From Squalus acanthias (lineage: Eukaryota), in contig CM059432.1 of NCBI GenBank assembly GCA_030390025.1, forward strand, positions 119,414,001 through 119,478,000: a stretch of 64,000 nucleotides of DNA, in the 5' to 3' direction. How positions within the stretch are numbered: the stretch's first letter is position 1; the number at the start of each line of letters is the position of its first letter. Shown in pieces: positions 49,637 to 64,000 of this stretch. The translations under genes were made by a program, and so were the position numbers. The notes under the pieces were generated by a model that ran no database searches, was not told where the DNA came from, and saw only the letters and a program-made list of their open reading frames with translations.

Positions 49637-50097
49637 CAAGCTCAACACCATCCAGGACAAAGCAGCCCACTTGATTGGCACCCCATCCACCACCTTAAAC
49701 ATTCACTCCCTCCACCACTGGCGTACCATGACTGCAGTGTGTACCATCTACAAGATGCACTGCAGCAACTCGCCAAGGCTCCTTCGGCAGCACCTCCCAA
49801 ACCCGCGACCTCTTCCACCTAGAAGGACAAGGGCAGCAGACGCATGGGAACACCATCACCTCCAAATTCCCCTCCAAGTCACACACTATCCTGACTTAGA
49901 AGTATATCGCCGATCCTTCATCGTCGCTGGGTCAAAATCTTTGAACTCCCTCCCTAACAGCGCTGTGTGAGTACCTTCACCACACGGACTGCAGTGGTTC
50001 AAGAAGGCGGCTCACCACCACCTTCTCAAGGGCAATTAGGGATGGGCAATAAATGCTGGTCTTGCCAGCGACGCCCACATCCCATAAATGAATTTTT
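49637..50097 (+). mobile_element. LINE family B 3' fragment
   Basis: KLNTIQDKAAHLIG...; tail GGGCAATAAATGCTGG...CCCATAAATGAAT. Confidence 0.9.
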
Positions 50098-50209
50098 AAA
50101 AGTTGTGCTGTATAAGCATCTTCTGTCCCACACCTTGGAACAGAACAAGCATCTTCTGGGATTTGACAAAGGTAAAACTTTTAAAAAAGTAAACCTGCGA
50201 ACTCAATGA

Positions 50210-50400
50210 CATTGGAGCGGAACGTACAAAAGGAAACGCTTAATCGAGCGCGCCATTTTATTTACATCACCGTACCCCGAAATCAATACACCTGAAAGAC
50301 AATTATTTGGAGAGTGACGCCAAGTACAATTTAGAAGTTCGCCATTTGGCCACATGATGGCGCTAGTGTATGCTGCACGGCGGAGCTCGGAACCCAGGCA
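50210..50400. promoter_or_regulatory. Candidate CpG-retaining upstream regulatory element of CBLN2
   Basis: Non-repetitive, CpG-containing; YY1-like CGCCATTTT (50250), CGCCATTTG (50340), ATGATGGCG (50354). Confidence 0.35.
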
Positions 50401-50602
50401 ATTGCAACCTTACAGATTTGAGTTTACTGCCCTCGAAACCCTTTGATGTTTCTAATGAAATGACCCCCTTTACTTGAAAATTCAGCCTTGTGATTACAAA
50501 TGTCAGTAATTTACAACGCCACAAAAATCAGGCGTTGAATGCTTGCCTGCAATTAGAGAAAGAATTGGAACCATTACATTGCCTTTCGTTTTAATTCGTT
50601 TT

Positions 50603-50795
50603 GTGTGTGTATATATATAAATATATGTCGTGTGTGCCTATACTATCTATGTATGTGTGTCTATATAGTGTTTGTATATATATAAATATATAAATAAATA
50701 CATGTGTATACGCAAATATATATGTGTGTGTTTTGTGTATCTATATTTTATATATGTATATATGAGTATACACACACATATATATACATATATAT
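50603..50795. repeat. Compound (TA)/(TG)/(CA) microsatellite
   Basis: Direct reading. Confidence 0.9.
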
Positions 50796-50999
50796 CATCT
50801 GCTGGGGTCAGTTGAAAGAACTGCGATTGCTTACAGGGCAGCTACACGCCCCGCTGATTTAGGAAGGGCCATCGGAATTCTTGAATAATTATCTGGAAAC
50901 CATACATTATAAGGTGCGAGTATGGTGATATATCTGGGAGAGCTGTGGGGCAACACAAACCGACAATGAGCCCTGGAGCCCGGGGGGTCTTTCAGAGAC

Positions 51000-51218
51000 T
51001 GCCGTGTATTGTCCGCTTGCTGTGATTCGGTGCCTGGTACCTGAGCCCCGGTCAATCAGTGTGTGTGTGTGTTTGAGAATGAGCTGCTGGCGGGGGGAGG
51101 GAAGAAGGCGACTGTTCGCTTCCTCTCTGCCAACAGATTCCCAGCTCATTACCCTAACACCACAGCTTGGAGAGAGGGATAGTGTGATCACACTGTCATG
51201 CCACCATGGATCTGCCAG
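51000..51218 (+). other. Putative 5' leader exon of CBLN2 (start approximate)
   Basis: Donor CAG|GTAACA at 51218/51219; strong acceptor TTTTTGTCTTGTTACAG| at 51790; mammalian CBLN2 has non-coding 5' exons. Confidence 0.4.
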
Positions 51219-51911
51219 GTAACACCATCTCCTGCGTGGGGCATCTCGCTGCAAACGTACTAATGTTAAAGCAGATCAAACTAGCATGCGGGCTTAGTGG
51301 AAGGGGACAGTGAGCTGGGAACAGCAGTAAATATTTTATCTAACTTGGAGATCTCTTCGCATTTAAAACGGTAAGAGCTGCTTTGGCCAAGGCCTATTTT
51401 ACAATGCCTCCAGCTTATTTCTTTGTTGACCGATGCTTTCTGGAGAGAGAGATAAAAAATTATTGGCAACTTTCTATTTTTTTATTGAAAAAATGGGCGA
51501 TTGCGGGCAGTGGGGCTCCGCATCTGACTTGTTTTGAGGGTGGAATAAAACTTCGGGAGACCGCGGGGGGAGAAGGAAAGTGAAGTCAAGTTCAATTGTA
51601 GAATTCCTTCATCAGCGATGTGCCGGAGCGGGGGAGGGATTGGAACTAAAACAGGGCGAAGAAGAGGGGAAGTAAACCTGGAGAATGACAGACTAGCAAT
51701 GGTATTCTGTTAGGATCTGAGCTGTCAGTAAGATGCATTCAATCTGCATTGGATTTTTTTGTCTTTGCATTGATTTTTGTCTTGTTACAGGCGATGACAT
51801 CCAGACAAACTGAAGAACATTGTTCCATCCTCTAGGAGGCTGCATTGGAAGGGGTGGCCAGGGGAGAGAGAGAGGGTGGGAGGTGGAAAACAATAAGAGC
51901 GGCACGGTTAG

Positions 51912-52346
<435 letters not shown>

Positions 52347-52990
52347 TAGCTCTTGATCCATCCACCCATCTCTCTGTGGTCCCTTACCTCTGGCAATCTT
52401 TGCTCATCCATTCGCGCGTCCAACACCCAGTCTCTGCTTTATATTACTGAATATTAAGCAAACATTGACTGTGACTTCCAGCAAAGACCACTTTAGAAGC
52501 ACAGTGATGCTTATTATCGTTTGAAGTTGCCCATCTAAGCTTGACAGGTGGTGCTAGTCTATTTAGACATTCCACAGATACGATAGCGACTCATGCAATC
52601 TGAGCCAAGTCGTTAACTTTCGCCTCCTTGTGCGCGCGTATCGGCGGCATTTGCCGATTTACCCTGTCGCCTCTTTTTAAACTTTGCCCGTTATGGGTTT
52701 TTTTTATACAAACTTTTAACCGGGTTGTTCCCGGGTTTCAAGATAATTATCATATGCATGTTTCCCGTGTGTCCGTGGATGGAGCCCTCTTTAGTGGAGT
52801 TGCCTCTGGTTATAATACTGTGACTGCCAAGCTGTCCCCTCAGCCCCTGCCTGTTATTATCTGCACCTTTAGACTGAACGGATCCGAGGGGTTTGCAGAA
52901 CACACTCCGCAGTCGCTGATTAGAACTCTTTGCAAATAGTAATTATTCCCCACCCAAGTTTTCGTGGTAACCCAATCTCAAACACGCTGA

Positions 52991-53182
<192 letters not shown>

Positions 53183-53424
53183 TGACTCTCGCACTCACTT
53201 TACAACGGGGCAAATTGATGTAGTTGAATTGTAACTTTTTTTTAAAAAAAGGAACGGGATTACGAGACAGACAGTGCACGGAAACCCATGGAGTGGAATA
53301 GATAGGTAGGCACAAGAGAAAGGAAAGGAGCTTGTCCAGGTACAGCAGCAGATAGTGCAAGTATATTATGGAGATAAATAACCGGGGAGGTTGCTTTATA
53401 ACAGACCACACTACAGCGGGCTAG

Positions 53425-53697
<273 letters not shown>

Positions 53698-54052
53698 AAG
53701 GATCAGCAAGGTTCGTCAAAACCCCCTTTTAAGAGGAGCAAGTCGCCGTGTACATTATTAATATCGCAACGGAACACCAAGATGACTATACCAAAACCAC
53801 CTAACTGCTGTGTAGGGGCAGACCGATTACCTACCGATTAGAGTAATTTCTTTGAATACTGACAATCGCCTTGGCCGGCGTGGTTCTAAGTAGTTCTGAT
53901 GACAGTGCTCTTTAGGATATCAAGTGAATTTTATTGACGAGGACAATTTCTGGCTAGAAAAATAGAAGCTGGATTTTCTTACGGGCGGATTATTGATGGA
54001 GCCTCCATGGACAAGACCGGACTCGCCAAACTGACGTCTCAAACAGCGTAAT

Positions 54053-54063
54053 AATAAAATAAA
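54053..54063 (+). terminator. Candidate polyadenylation signal (overlapping AATAAA x2); others at 54352 and 54695
   Basis: AATAAAATAAA followed by a T/GT-rich stretch at about 54095-54112. Confidence 0.4.
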
Positions 54064-56245
54064 GTCAGGTTTTGATTTAAATGTTCTAGCAATGCTTTCT
54101 TTCGTGTTCGTATATAGCCTTAAGTAAAGAACAAGTCCAAATTCGGTGGCGTGTTTTTTTTTGAAATTTGGGGATATTCATGTATCGTTTCTGTAGGTGA
54201 GCTCGTTTTGAAGAAGTGCTTTAATCACAAAAAAAGGTTTCTTTGCACGAATTGGACGCGGCTCTTGTTCCTTCTTTGTGTTGTGGTTGGTGTTCTTTGA
54301 CCTTTGGGTGCAGACGGAGTAACCTATAGATTAATAACACGAGATGATTGTAATAAATGGACCCAATTATTTATTGATGTGCTTTCTTGATTTGTCAGTT
54401 GATCCTCTGGCGCGCACACCAGTACTTACAATTCTCTCTCCACTTAAAGAAACTGTTTAGCATTGTTTGCTCATCCAGGCAAATGTGGACTTCCCTTTAA
54501 ATATGTCCTAATACTTTCTAGCTAAATGCCACATATAAAATGAGCAATGTGACTGCAGAGTGACTTCATTGCGAGCCGTTATCTTGGCTTAAATCTAAGA
54601 GGCATTTTGATGTTCAGGTTTACATAAGATACACTATTACAAAATTAAACTCAATTCTTCTTATATTTTCATCCAAATTTTAATAACAAAAACAAATAAA
54701 AGTAAATCTTTAACATTACCGAATTTATAAGAACTTTGCTGACTCGTTAATCCAATCACTGCTGGCAGAGAGTTCAAATGGGCTACTAAGATCAAGCCTT
54801 TTCAGCCGCTTTCAGCAGGGACCAGGCTGCGTGCTAAAGGTACTTAAGTATCAACATTTACCTGTACAGGAGTTAACCTCTAGACTAAAACATGTAATCA
54901 ACAGAATTACCCCCCTGCCCATTAACCATGATGATTCCTGGTATAGTAAACAGGCCCCCTATGTACCCGCACTGGGAAGTATTTACTATTAATTAAAGTA
55001 ATGCCTGAATACGGACCGTCATACCATTAACCAATTAAATATTCGTTTTTTAAGGAATGAAAGGTGAAAGCGACGCATATGAAAACCAGCTAGGCTGCAC
55101 ATGTCTGTGCTTTAAATTAATAATGATATAACACAGACTATTTCCATACTGAGATCCTCAATTCTGTTTCATGCTCTGAATCTGGAATGCTCCAGCTTGC
55201 AAAGTACAGGACTATTGATTTCAACTGTACGGCCCCTACAGAGGGGAATTCGATACATTTCCGGACATTAGAGAACTAAAGGAAATCATAAAACAATTTT
55301 TAATTCAATGCATTTTACAAACAAATAGTAAGTACCATCTCTTAGGCCGAAGATCTCTGTGCAGTCCTTAGAGAGTTGAATTGTTTTACAGATTATTAAA
55401 ATAGCACAATAAGATGGATATTGCGCCATATAAATGTAGCATGGCGTGCAATTATATACTATCAGTCGCTTTCCCCCCAAATACATGGAGCAGCTTAACT
55501 CATTATCTGGCCAAATTCGTTAAGGATTAATTTCCCCGTTCATTTTCGTTCAGACCCACATAACCAATTACCTCTGGTGTCACGTGAGGTGAAAGGTAAG
55601 GAGTTACTAACCAATATACTTACAAGAAGGCAAAAATACAGCATGTGGATTATACTTGCACAGTATTATCTACTTACGTGTGGGGCTTTACATTCAGGTG
55701 GCCTTGTAAAAAACCAGACTTACTGTAGCATCCATTTAACGTGCAGTGCATTGTCTGACAAACTCAATTGACACCGATCTTTTGGCATTTGTTAGTTAAT
55801 AGAGAACTGGTTAATTAATCATTATACTAGTTACTAACATGACTGTGAAAACGGTCATGTTGCAATTCCTCTGCTATTTGGCTACATTCATAGCTTGGTG
55901 CCCATAATTTATATATTGTACAGAGATGGCATTTTTGGAGATGGCATAGACTGTCTCCAGAAACAGGACTTCCGAAAGTGATGGAGTATACAGTTAATCT
56001 TTGTTATTGATTTTGCTCAATTCTGATGTCTTATCTCTGGGACTCCCCTGTGCCCTCAAAACATTATTTCACTGTTTTCTGCCTCTGTAATCTTCATTTT
56101 TTTTTGCCTAGCATTTGGCCAGCTGATTTATAGACTCTAAAGGAAAACATTTAAAATGTGGATTCTTGATTTAATACAAAACAGCTCTCTGGTTAAAGTA
56201 TCAGCATAGCCATCAATATAATCCAGCAGGCTTAGGTATGACATA

Positions 56246-56559
56246 AGGAGAGGGTGACTCTATGAGGAAATGCCGAATCAGTAGGTTCCTCAATCTACCA
56301 GTAGAAATAAGAAAACAACACTTTTTTAAAAATTGTATTTTGAGCTGTTTGTAAATAGTTATCAGTGACCATAACATCTCATAGAATCATAGAAATTTAC
56401 AGGCCGAATGGCCTCCTTCTGTGCTGTAAATTTCTATGATTCTATGACAAGCTATGGTCACTGATAACTATTTGAAAACAGCTCAAAATACAATTTTTTT
56501 TAATGTTCAGATTGAGGAACCTACTGATTTGGCATTTCCTCATGGAGTCACCCTCTCCT
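56246..56559. repeat. Long fold-back inverted repeat
   Basis: Arms 56246-56402 and 56424-56559 are reverse complements apart from an indel and a few mismatches; 21-nt loop. Confidence 0.95.
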
Positions 56560-56954
56560 GATTAAGGTGGTAATAGTAATTAGATGTGTAGTCTGGTGGT
56601 ATGTGAGGTGGGGCTATATGTGAATGTGTGCATGCTGAAACTATTAAGGCTCTCTTAATCAGAATGAGACTCACTCATTTTGCTTTAGAATGTAACCCAG
56701 TTTGATATATTTCACTCTGAAAAAGAGACACAACCTTTAAATTAGTTTGCAATGTATGACATCCTATGATATAATCTAATGCATAATAATACCCTCATAC
56801 TGATAGCTCTGGTGTGTGTGTGTTTGTGAGTATGTATGTTGTCACATATGTATGCAGGGTTTGTTAGGAATTAACTCACTCAATGTCAGACAGAACCCAC
56901 AGACAAAATCACATTGACATTGCCCTGATTATTTTTTATATTAACATTCTCTGA

Positions 56955-57232
56955 ATAAGGGGGCTGCCATTTAGGACTGAGATGAGGAGAAATTTCTTCA
57001 CTCAAAGGATTGTAAATCTTTGAAATTCAATACTCCAAATAGCTATGGATGCTCAGTCTTTGAGTATAATCAAGAAAGAGATCGATAGATTTTTGGATAC
57101 TAAGGGAATCAAGGGATATGGGATAGTGTGGGAAGATGGAGTTGAGGTAGAAGATCAGCCATGATCTTATTGAATGGTTGAGAATGGCCGAATGGCCTAC
57201 TCCTGCTCCTATTTGTTCTTATGTTCTTATGT
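56955..57232 (+). mobile_element. CR1 3' fragment
   Basis: TTTAGGACTGAGATGAGGAGAAATTTCTTCACTCA...GGCCGAATGGCCTACTCCTGCTCC...TGTTCTTATGTTCTTATGT. Confidence 0.9.
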
Positions 57233-59224
57233 CCATTACATCAATGTAATGCATTAACATTTTGGTAGGACAAATGCATTCTCTGAACATATTATACTTA
57301 CTATCATCACAGAATTCACCTTTTAGTTACAGGTCTTGAAAAACTATTCTGTGAAAATAAAGGGTTGGTTTGGTACAACGATCTTTACCGAACATAACTT
57401 TTCATTATTAAACACTGAAGAGTAATTTGACAATCTGCCAAAAAAAGTAACATGATTACTTTTTACAATTTTACTATTAACTGTTCTGGGAGTACAGTTG
57501 AGAGACTTCAGTCTTGTGGCCTTAGGATTAGTGCTCACCTCTCACTCCACACTGGTACAGCCAAGGCCTACATTTAAATGATGTCCAGAGAGCAATGCAC
57601 TCAGTGGTGCTTCACTCATACAGCCAAGGTCCTGACAGCTCTTTCAGATTTCACATTGGTTGCAATTACTGTGGCCATGCTTTACAAGAAATTATTCAAC
57701 AAATTGGCTACATTTCAGAGGCACTTCAGTGGAGAGTGAAAATAAAGCAATGCCCCTCAAAAGCTGGACAGCATTATAATAGCGAGATTACAAATATTAA
57801 TATTGAAATCTGAAAGCAAAGTTTTACTTTAACTTACAGGTGTTATATAGTAGGCTTTTGGTGATGTTTTTCTTGGTGAGTTTTTGTGTCAAGGGTGTCA
57901 ATCAGGTGTAACGGTAAATTCCTTATTTCAGGTACATACTAGGTACCAGCTAACATAGCCAGTTACAGAATAAAGCTCCTTTATGTTCTGCTCCAACAAT
58001 TCAGAAGATCACCCCTTACTGCATATGGGGCACTTTTGTACTTTGAGCCTGCCGACTAGAAACCAGGTTGGAACAACACAAGTTCATTTCACATAGGATC
58101 AGCGGAGACCTTCTGCCCATTATTGGAATCCAGTTCCTAGGGTTGAAAGGACAGTGTGTGAACCCACTGCACCACCCAATCCCCCAGCTCTTTTTTCAAG
58201 CAAGTCTGCAGTTGTTTTAGCATCTGTTGCACGGTGCTTGTTCTGTATTACTCTCTGTGAGTAGAATTTTTTATCCAGAACTTTTCATGTTAATTTTATT
58301 CAAAATTTGAAATCATGTGCTCTGGTTCTACATTTCTAGATTAATATAAAGGAATCATCTAGCACAATGCTTATGGTGATAGATTTGATTAGGACAGTTA
58401 AAGAAAGTTAGTTACCAGAGTAACAGTATCATATCCTGAACTCTATTAACACACACTTTTGTAAAAAATCTTTTCAGATGAGAGAAAAAATGGAACACGC
58501 CTTTTTTTAGTCTGAACATACTTTTTTGAAGAAGTTCTTTCAGTGCTCTATATAGTTGCTTCTGCTGGAATACTTCCGTGTTTCACTTTCTCAGATATCA
58601 CTCAGAAATCTGATTTTGTCCAGGGTTCTCCACTTTCTCCTGCTGATCCCCTCCAGATGTTATTGTTCTAGTGTGGTATCTTACCGCAGAATGACATTAT
58701 CCGCTGTTAAGGAATCTGGAGTATTGCACCTAATGCAGTCATGCCAAGCATACTGCACCTACGTCAAGTATTTCTGGACAGTCCGTCCCTGCTCCTGATT
58801 GCCCCGTGACAAATTACCTTTGTCTCTCACCGTTTGGCTTTCATGTATGGAAAAATGGCCGCTATAATATCTGGAAAATAAGAAGGAAATCTGTATGTGG
58901 TTCATCCTGTGACTATCCATTATTTTGTATCACAGTATAATGATCTAATGTATGCTGTGTGATGCAGTCGGGGGAATTATTTATAGCTTTACTGGTAAAA
59001 TGTAATTGTTTATTATGTTTATTAACATCATATTTTAGACAATTATGTCCCATGCTTTGATAATCTAGGTAAACATGTAAGGGCTTCTGGAGTATAGTTC
59101 TTTATATACTTACATTTGGACCTGACAAAATACTGGATAAATGTCTAACCAACGTTATCTAAAATAGGCAGCGTAGTAATGAGAAGTGGTGGCACTTTTA
59201 AGGCTTTAAATCACTGTGGATGTT

Positions 59225-59661
59225 TTATTTTAATTAATTCTCGAAATGGTGGCAAGGCCAGCATTTATTGCCCATCCCTAATTGCCCTGAGAAGGTGATG
59301 GGCTTGTTTCTTGAAGCGCTGCAGTCCGTGTGGTGAAGGTGCTTCCACAATGCTGTTAGCGAGAGATGTTTTTATTCTTTGTAGCAGTTTGATGCAACTG
59401 GGTGGGGCTTGCTAGGCCACTTCAGATGGCAGCTGGGAGTCAACCACATTAGTGTGCGACTGGAGTCAATATAGACCAGACTGGATAAGGACGGCAGATT
59501 TCCTTCCCTAAAGGACATTAAGGAACCAGTTGTTTTTTTATGACAATCCGACAGCTTCATGCTCACTTTTACTGATACCAGCTTTTTATTTTATTTCTAA
59601 AAAAATTTAAACGCACTCTAGATTATCAGTCCAGTAACATAACCACCACACTGCTGTACCT
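59225..59661 (-). mobile_element. tRNA-headed SINE with LINE B tail
   Basis: Homologous to 10332-10759. Confidence 0.8.
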
Positions 59662-60151
59662 GGCAGTTACACAATTGACTCTATTTGTGTTTAAGCCTTA
59701 CAGTTTACATCAGCTCGCTTTTCCTTTACAAACATCCTGAATAGGACCCCCAATGTTACAATATAAGATGTTCCCCGTGTTCATCCCTCTAATATATTAC
59801 TAAAGTGAGTGGGTGAACTGATTAGGAAGAAGTTGATCAAGAATTGCAATAGTTGAGTGACTGTCACTCCCAATTTCTTTTTCTATTTTATGATGTTATA
59901 CCCTTTTTTTTCAAAGTGGGATACAGGGTCAGTTTTGGTGTGGAGCACCAATTGGACGGGCAGTGGGCGAGGCACCTGTTTTGCTCGCCTGATGATGACA
60001 GCGGAAGGGCCGTTTGAGTTTCTGGCTGAGCCTTATTTAAATAGAAGTGGTGAGCCACCAGTGCAAACCGCGCTGCTGAAAGACAGCTCAACGCTTGGCA
60101 GGGCCGGAAATCCAATGTGACAGATGCTCATTATTAAGCCTTAAAAGGGGA

Positions 60152-60670
60152 GGGCTGGAATTATCAAGGGTTAAATGGACCAGCAGATTTCTTCAACAGG
60201 GAAGTTTTATTAGCAAACAGAGCACCAATGAGATGAACTAATGGAAACACTTAAAGGTGAAATCTTCCTCGAGGCTGAAGAAAAAAATAGTGTCAGCCCT
60301 GTTTCCAGCCTTCCCTGACCGCAGCTAAGGATCTCTTTAAATAACTCCCGTACATAGCCCCTTCCCAACCTATTCCAACCATGGTTTGTGGGTGGGTTGA
60401 GGAAATAGTGGTGGCAGCGTTGATTGACGCGAAAATAGCATTGGGTGGGGGGGAGGCCTGAAATCAGCTGACACCACTTAAATCTTTTAATTAGGCCCCA
60501 TCTGTTTCTGGTGGGCGTGCTGGCACCTAAATCAAGGTTCACCTGAAAATCAGAATGAGAACCCTTGCAATAAGTCATGGATTCCCCCCCACCCCGACTC
60601 TAATTTTCAATCGGCTACCATCCCACTTATAGGCATAATCGGGGCAGTAAGAGAGACAAACATTAGTCCC
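60152..60670. mobile_element. Degenerate TIR element
   Basis: GGGCTGGAATT start and ACATTAGTCCC end; internal TAATTTTC/CCCCACC motifs like other MITEs. Confidence 0.35.
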
Positions 60671-63600
60671 ATGGTCTTTCAAAATAGTTGTGGTTCTCCT
60701 ATTTGTTAACTTCAATATAAAAGACCACCTGCCCAATATCAGTTCAAACTTTCTCTGGCGCTTTTACAGCAATTTTCTGGCACAGCTTGCCTTACCTCAT
60801 GTTTAGGCAAGTTGGAATCCATCCAATAATATAATCTGAATTGTCCATCTGGACAAAGAACTGCAGTGAAGCTATGGGTTCTACTTTTAACACTCCTTGT
60901 AGTTACTGCCTCAAGTATGAAAAATGTAGTTTAGAATCACTAATTGTTTTCCTTTCCTGATCCGATTTGGAACTTTACGTCAAATTCTATAAGCTTTTGC
61001 ATTTTATAGGGATTTACAAATGCAAATATATATCTATTAGTTAAGCACTGGACTGAAATAGCATCTTTGATTGGCTGAAACACCATCAGATGTGAGAAAA
61101 TAGTTTTCATCATTGCCCACTGATTCAAATATTAATGCCCAATGGTGTCCAGTGGTGTGGCGTGTCCGTAATTTACAAAATGACATCATAAATCACATAC
61201 CGTATCCTAAGAAACACAAGTGAAAAGCGTTTCCTAATTGAAATCAACTTACATATATCTAAGAATACACAAAATAAACATAAACTGTTGTTTTTAGCCT
61301 AAAAGATTAATTAATGCCTTCAGCTGCAAATATTTGCATATTTTATACCTTGATGTTGTGATAACTTAAAAACTCCTCAACTATGTTTGTACGACATTAT
61401 GTACTTTTTCAAATCCACATTAGCTACTGTTGCTCATCTAATTTGGATAAATTACCCTAATTTAAGAAGTGAGTAAGACATCTAGGAAGAAGATGATTCC
61501 ATGAGGCTTATCCAGCCTATGCTAACTATGAAACCATAATATGGATTCCTAATCTTGGCAGCAGCAGATCTAAGTCTATATCCTTCTTCTCCTTTCTGAA
61601 ATACGAACCAGCTCCCAAACGATTCAACAGATTCTTGATTCAATAATCTTGGAGCTGTGGTGCTTTTGGTTCAATTTGCAATTTCACTAGAAACAATACT
61701 TTCCGTCTGAGCCCTGTTGTGCTTTATATTATTTACAGGGGGTATTCTGTTCTCTTGCAACATGCAATAATTGAAACCTAATATTGCTGAAGTTTAATCA
61801 GCCAGTATAATATACAGTCCCCACCGCTAATAGCAGGCGCGATGGTGTCAGCGATTTGTCCGCTATAAGTGTTGGATGGTAAAACCAAACTCCGATTCCT
61901 TATATAAAACCTGGCCACTAGTGGCTCATGTTTAAGACCAATAACAGAGCATGTATAGTTTAAACCAAGCAACCTTCAAACACTCGCATACTTTCATTCA
62001 TCTTCATGCATCCCACTATGGTTAGATCAAATAAATTCAGGATATGCACCCCTGTCTACTCGTATGGTCCGCCTCTTGTAACGTGCAAGGTTCTGGTGAT
62101 TCTTATAGTTACTTTAATCCCCGATATCTTTGTTTCTGCGACCACACATCTCCAACCTAATTCGGAACAGTTTGTCTCAGAAATCCCCAGTGCATAAAAA
62201 AAGGGGTGTGGTGAAGCGGTAAATACAGGGATTAACGAGGTGCGGAGAATTGATTGAACTCCCGACGGTTTAAGCGGTACCTTTGTAATTGACTCCTATG
62301 GTACTGGCAAATGGTTAGCATTATCTTTCCTATATAGGTGGCTGCCCGTGATAAGCGTGGAAGGTGTAAATGGTGGGAACTGTAGTTCTGAAGCCTTGGT
62401 CTGACATTTTATTCATCAGTAGCCCCAAGAAAGGCAGATGCCCATCTTCATACCTATTTTTGAGAAGCTTATATTTATGTTTTTATGATATTCATACAGC
62501 GAGGATACCTTTCAGGTAAAAACGATGACTTTATTAAGAATACCCTTGCTCAATACTCTGTACACCTTGCATGGTTGTCAACTGTGATTATAATGGCATA
62601 ACTAGCTTTAAGCATAATTGAAAGTGAAAAAATGAATAAAATATCAATAAAGGAAGCAACAAATGTGAAGCCGCATATTTATTTTTCGATAAACAATGCT
62701 TAAAATCCACTAACATTATTACAGTATTCTTTGAGATGCTGTATTTAACATCAGCAGGAGCATCATCAGTTGCTGGTTGCTGCAGGTTTGCAAATTACAC
62801 AACTCAGTCCACTTCTTAAAAGTAAGGCAGGCACAGCAGGGCATCTCACACGTTCTTGCACATTTAAACAAAAGTAATTTCATGATAACCTTAGGTGCTG
62901 GTGCTCTATCCAGCTCGTCAATTGTAAGACTCTCTTCACCATTGATTGTTTCTCGACATCAACAGAACATGGGAGACTCAAATTTACCATCGGCACCATT
63001 AGTAGACGAGTGTTCAATGCAGATTGAATAAGATTCCCTTTTCTGCTATTTGAGGGGAGCCATTAACCTATTGAAAACAAATAGGTTAATGTTACATTAA
63101 AGCAGCGGACAGAAGAATGAATGCGTTAAGTATTCGGCCACTAATATAAGGCAACAGCAAATTCTAGGTTGGGATGCCAAGAGAATTCTCAATGAATTGT
63201 TTTAAGATTGCAACCTGACAGTTGGCATGGAGGCACTGCTTGTAACAATAGTCAGCACAAGCAACGAGTGGCCAGAATGAACATTTCCCTTCCTAGAACA
63301 GAAGAGTTCTCACCTTAACTCATTGACACTACCCATACCAACTTTGGCGCTATATATAAGGCACATAAAAGCCTCGAGCTTCTCATACACCCAAGAAAGT
63401 AAATCTCACTGCCCTTTGAACTACTGGAACGTCTTTCGGCATGCCTTGTCAGAATCTTCAGTGGAACAACCTTTCCACAATCTGTATCACAACCAGTGAA
63501 TACAGTGCCAACTAGATATGTGCAATTATCTACCCCTCTCCAATGTCACTATACTTTATGCATATCTTTTCCCCACTTTTTGATACATTTGAGAGGGCAT

Positions 63601-64000
63601 CTTATTTTGAAAGCCACGCATAGCAGGAAGACGTCTGTGCTTTCAGATGCAATTATTACTACGTCATAGTGAAACCGTGATACATATAATGAATGGAACA
63701 TAATTTCAATATTTGCTTCCTCCTGTGCTCATTTCAGCTTCTCCGCTTCCTCATTGGAGCTCTCAGGCATCTTTTAACATATATCTGTTGAGGTTAGTGA
63801 AGGTTTTCAACATTTTTTATGTCATGGAAATTGTTAAGTGGTGAATTGCTTTCGCATTAATGTTCTCTGCAGGTCTAAGTTGCCTTCTCTTCAGAACGAT
63901 TTGCATGCATAAGACCTGCAGCAACGATCAGGTGGTACAATTTTACTATTTGAGAGGTAGATAAGTTCTTATTGGTGGCAGGACAGGTTGATAAAGTCGT

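Noticed and set aside
51583..51594. AAGTCAAGTTCA as a retinoic-acid response element
   Set aside because: Imperfect zero-spaced half sites, expected by chance; cannot be tied to the mammalian CBLN2 enhancer without alignment.

Overview
Eukaryotic vertebrate genomic DNA, most likely a cartilaginous fish (inferred from HE1-type V-SINE, Deu-domain SINE and abundant CR1 LINEs). The only supported host gene is cerebellin-2 (CBLN2): three coding exons on + at 51948-52241, 53024-53143 and 53500-53697, about 203 aa, lying in a roughly 6 kb transposon-free island. The first 50 kb is a nested transposon graveyard. It holds several PIF/Harbinger elements with a spliced Myb/SANT-like gene, one of which also carries a convergent HARBI1-type DDE transposase. 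It also holds many short TIR elements with 3-bp target duplications, one TTAA-flanked Kolobok/T2-like MITE, several CR1 families (one with an uninterrupted 734-codon ORF2 fragment), a second LINE family with its partner tRNA-SINE, and simple repeats. The most unusual items are a 314-bp fold-back palindrome centred on a retroposon 3' tail downstream of CBLN2, a predicted spliced uORF with perfect Kozak context in the CBLN2 leader, and a nearly intact 3-exon Harbinger Myb gene. No wholly new biological system can be demonstrated from the sequence alone. Repeat boundaries were read by eye and are approximate unless the termini are quoted.
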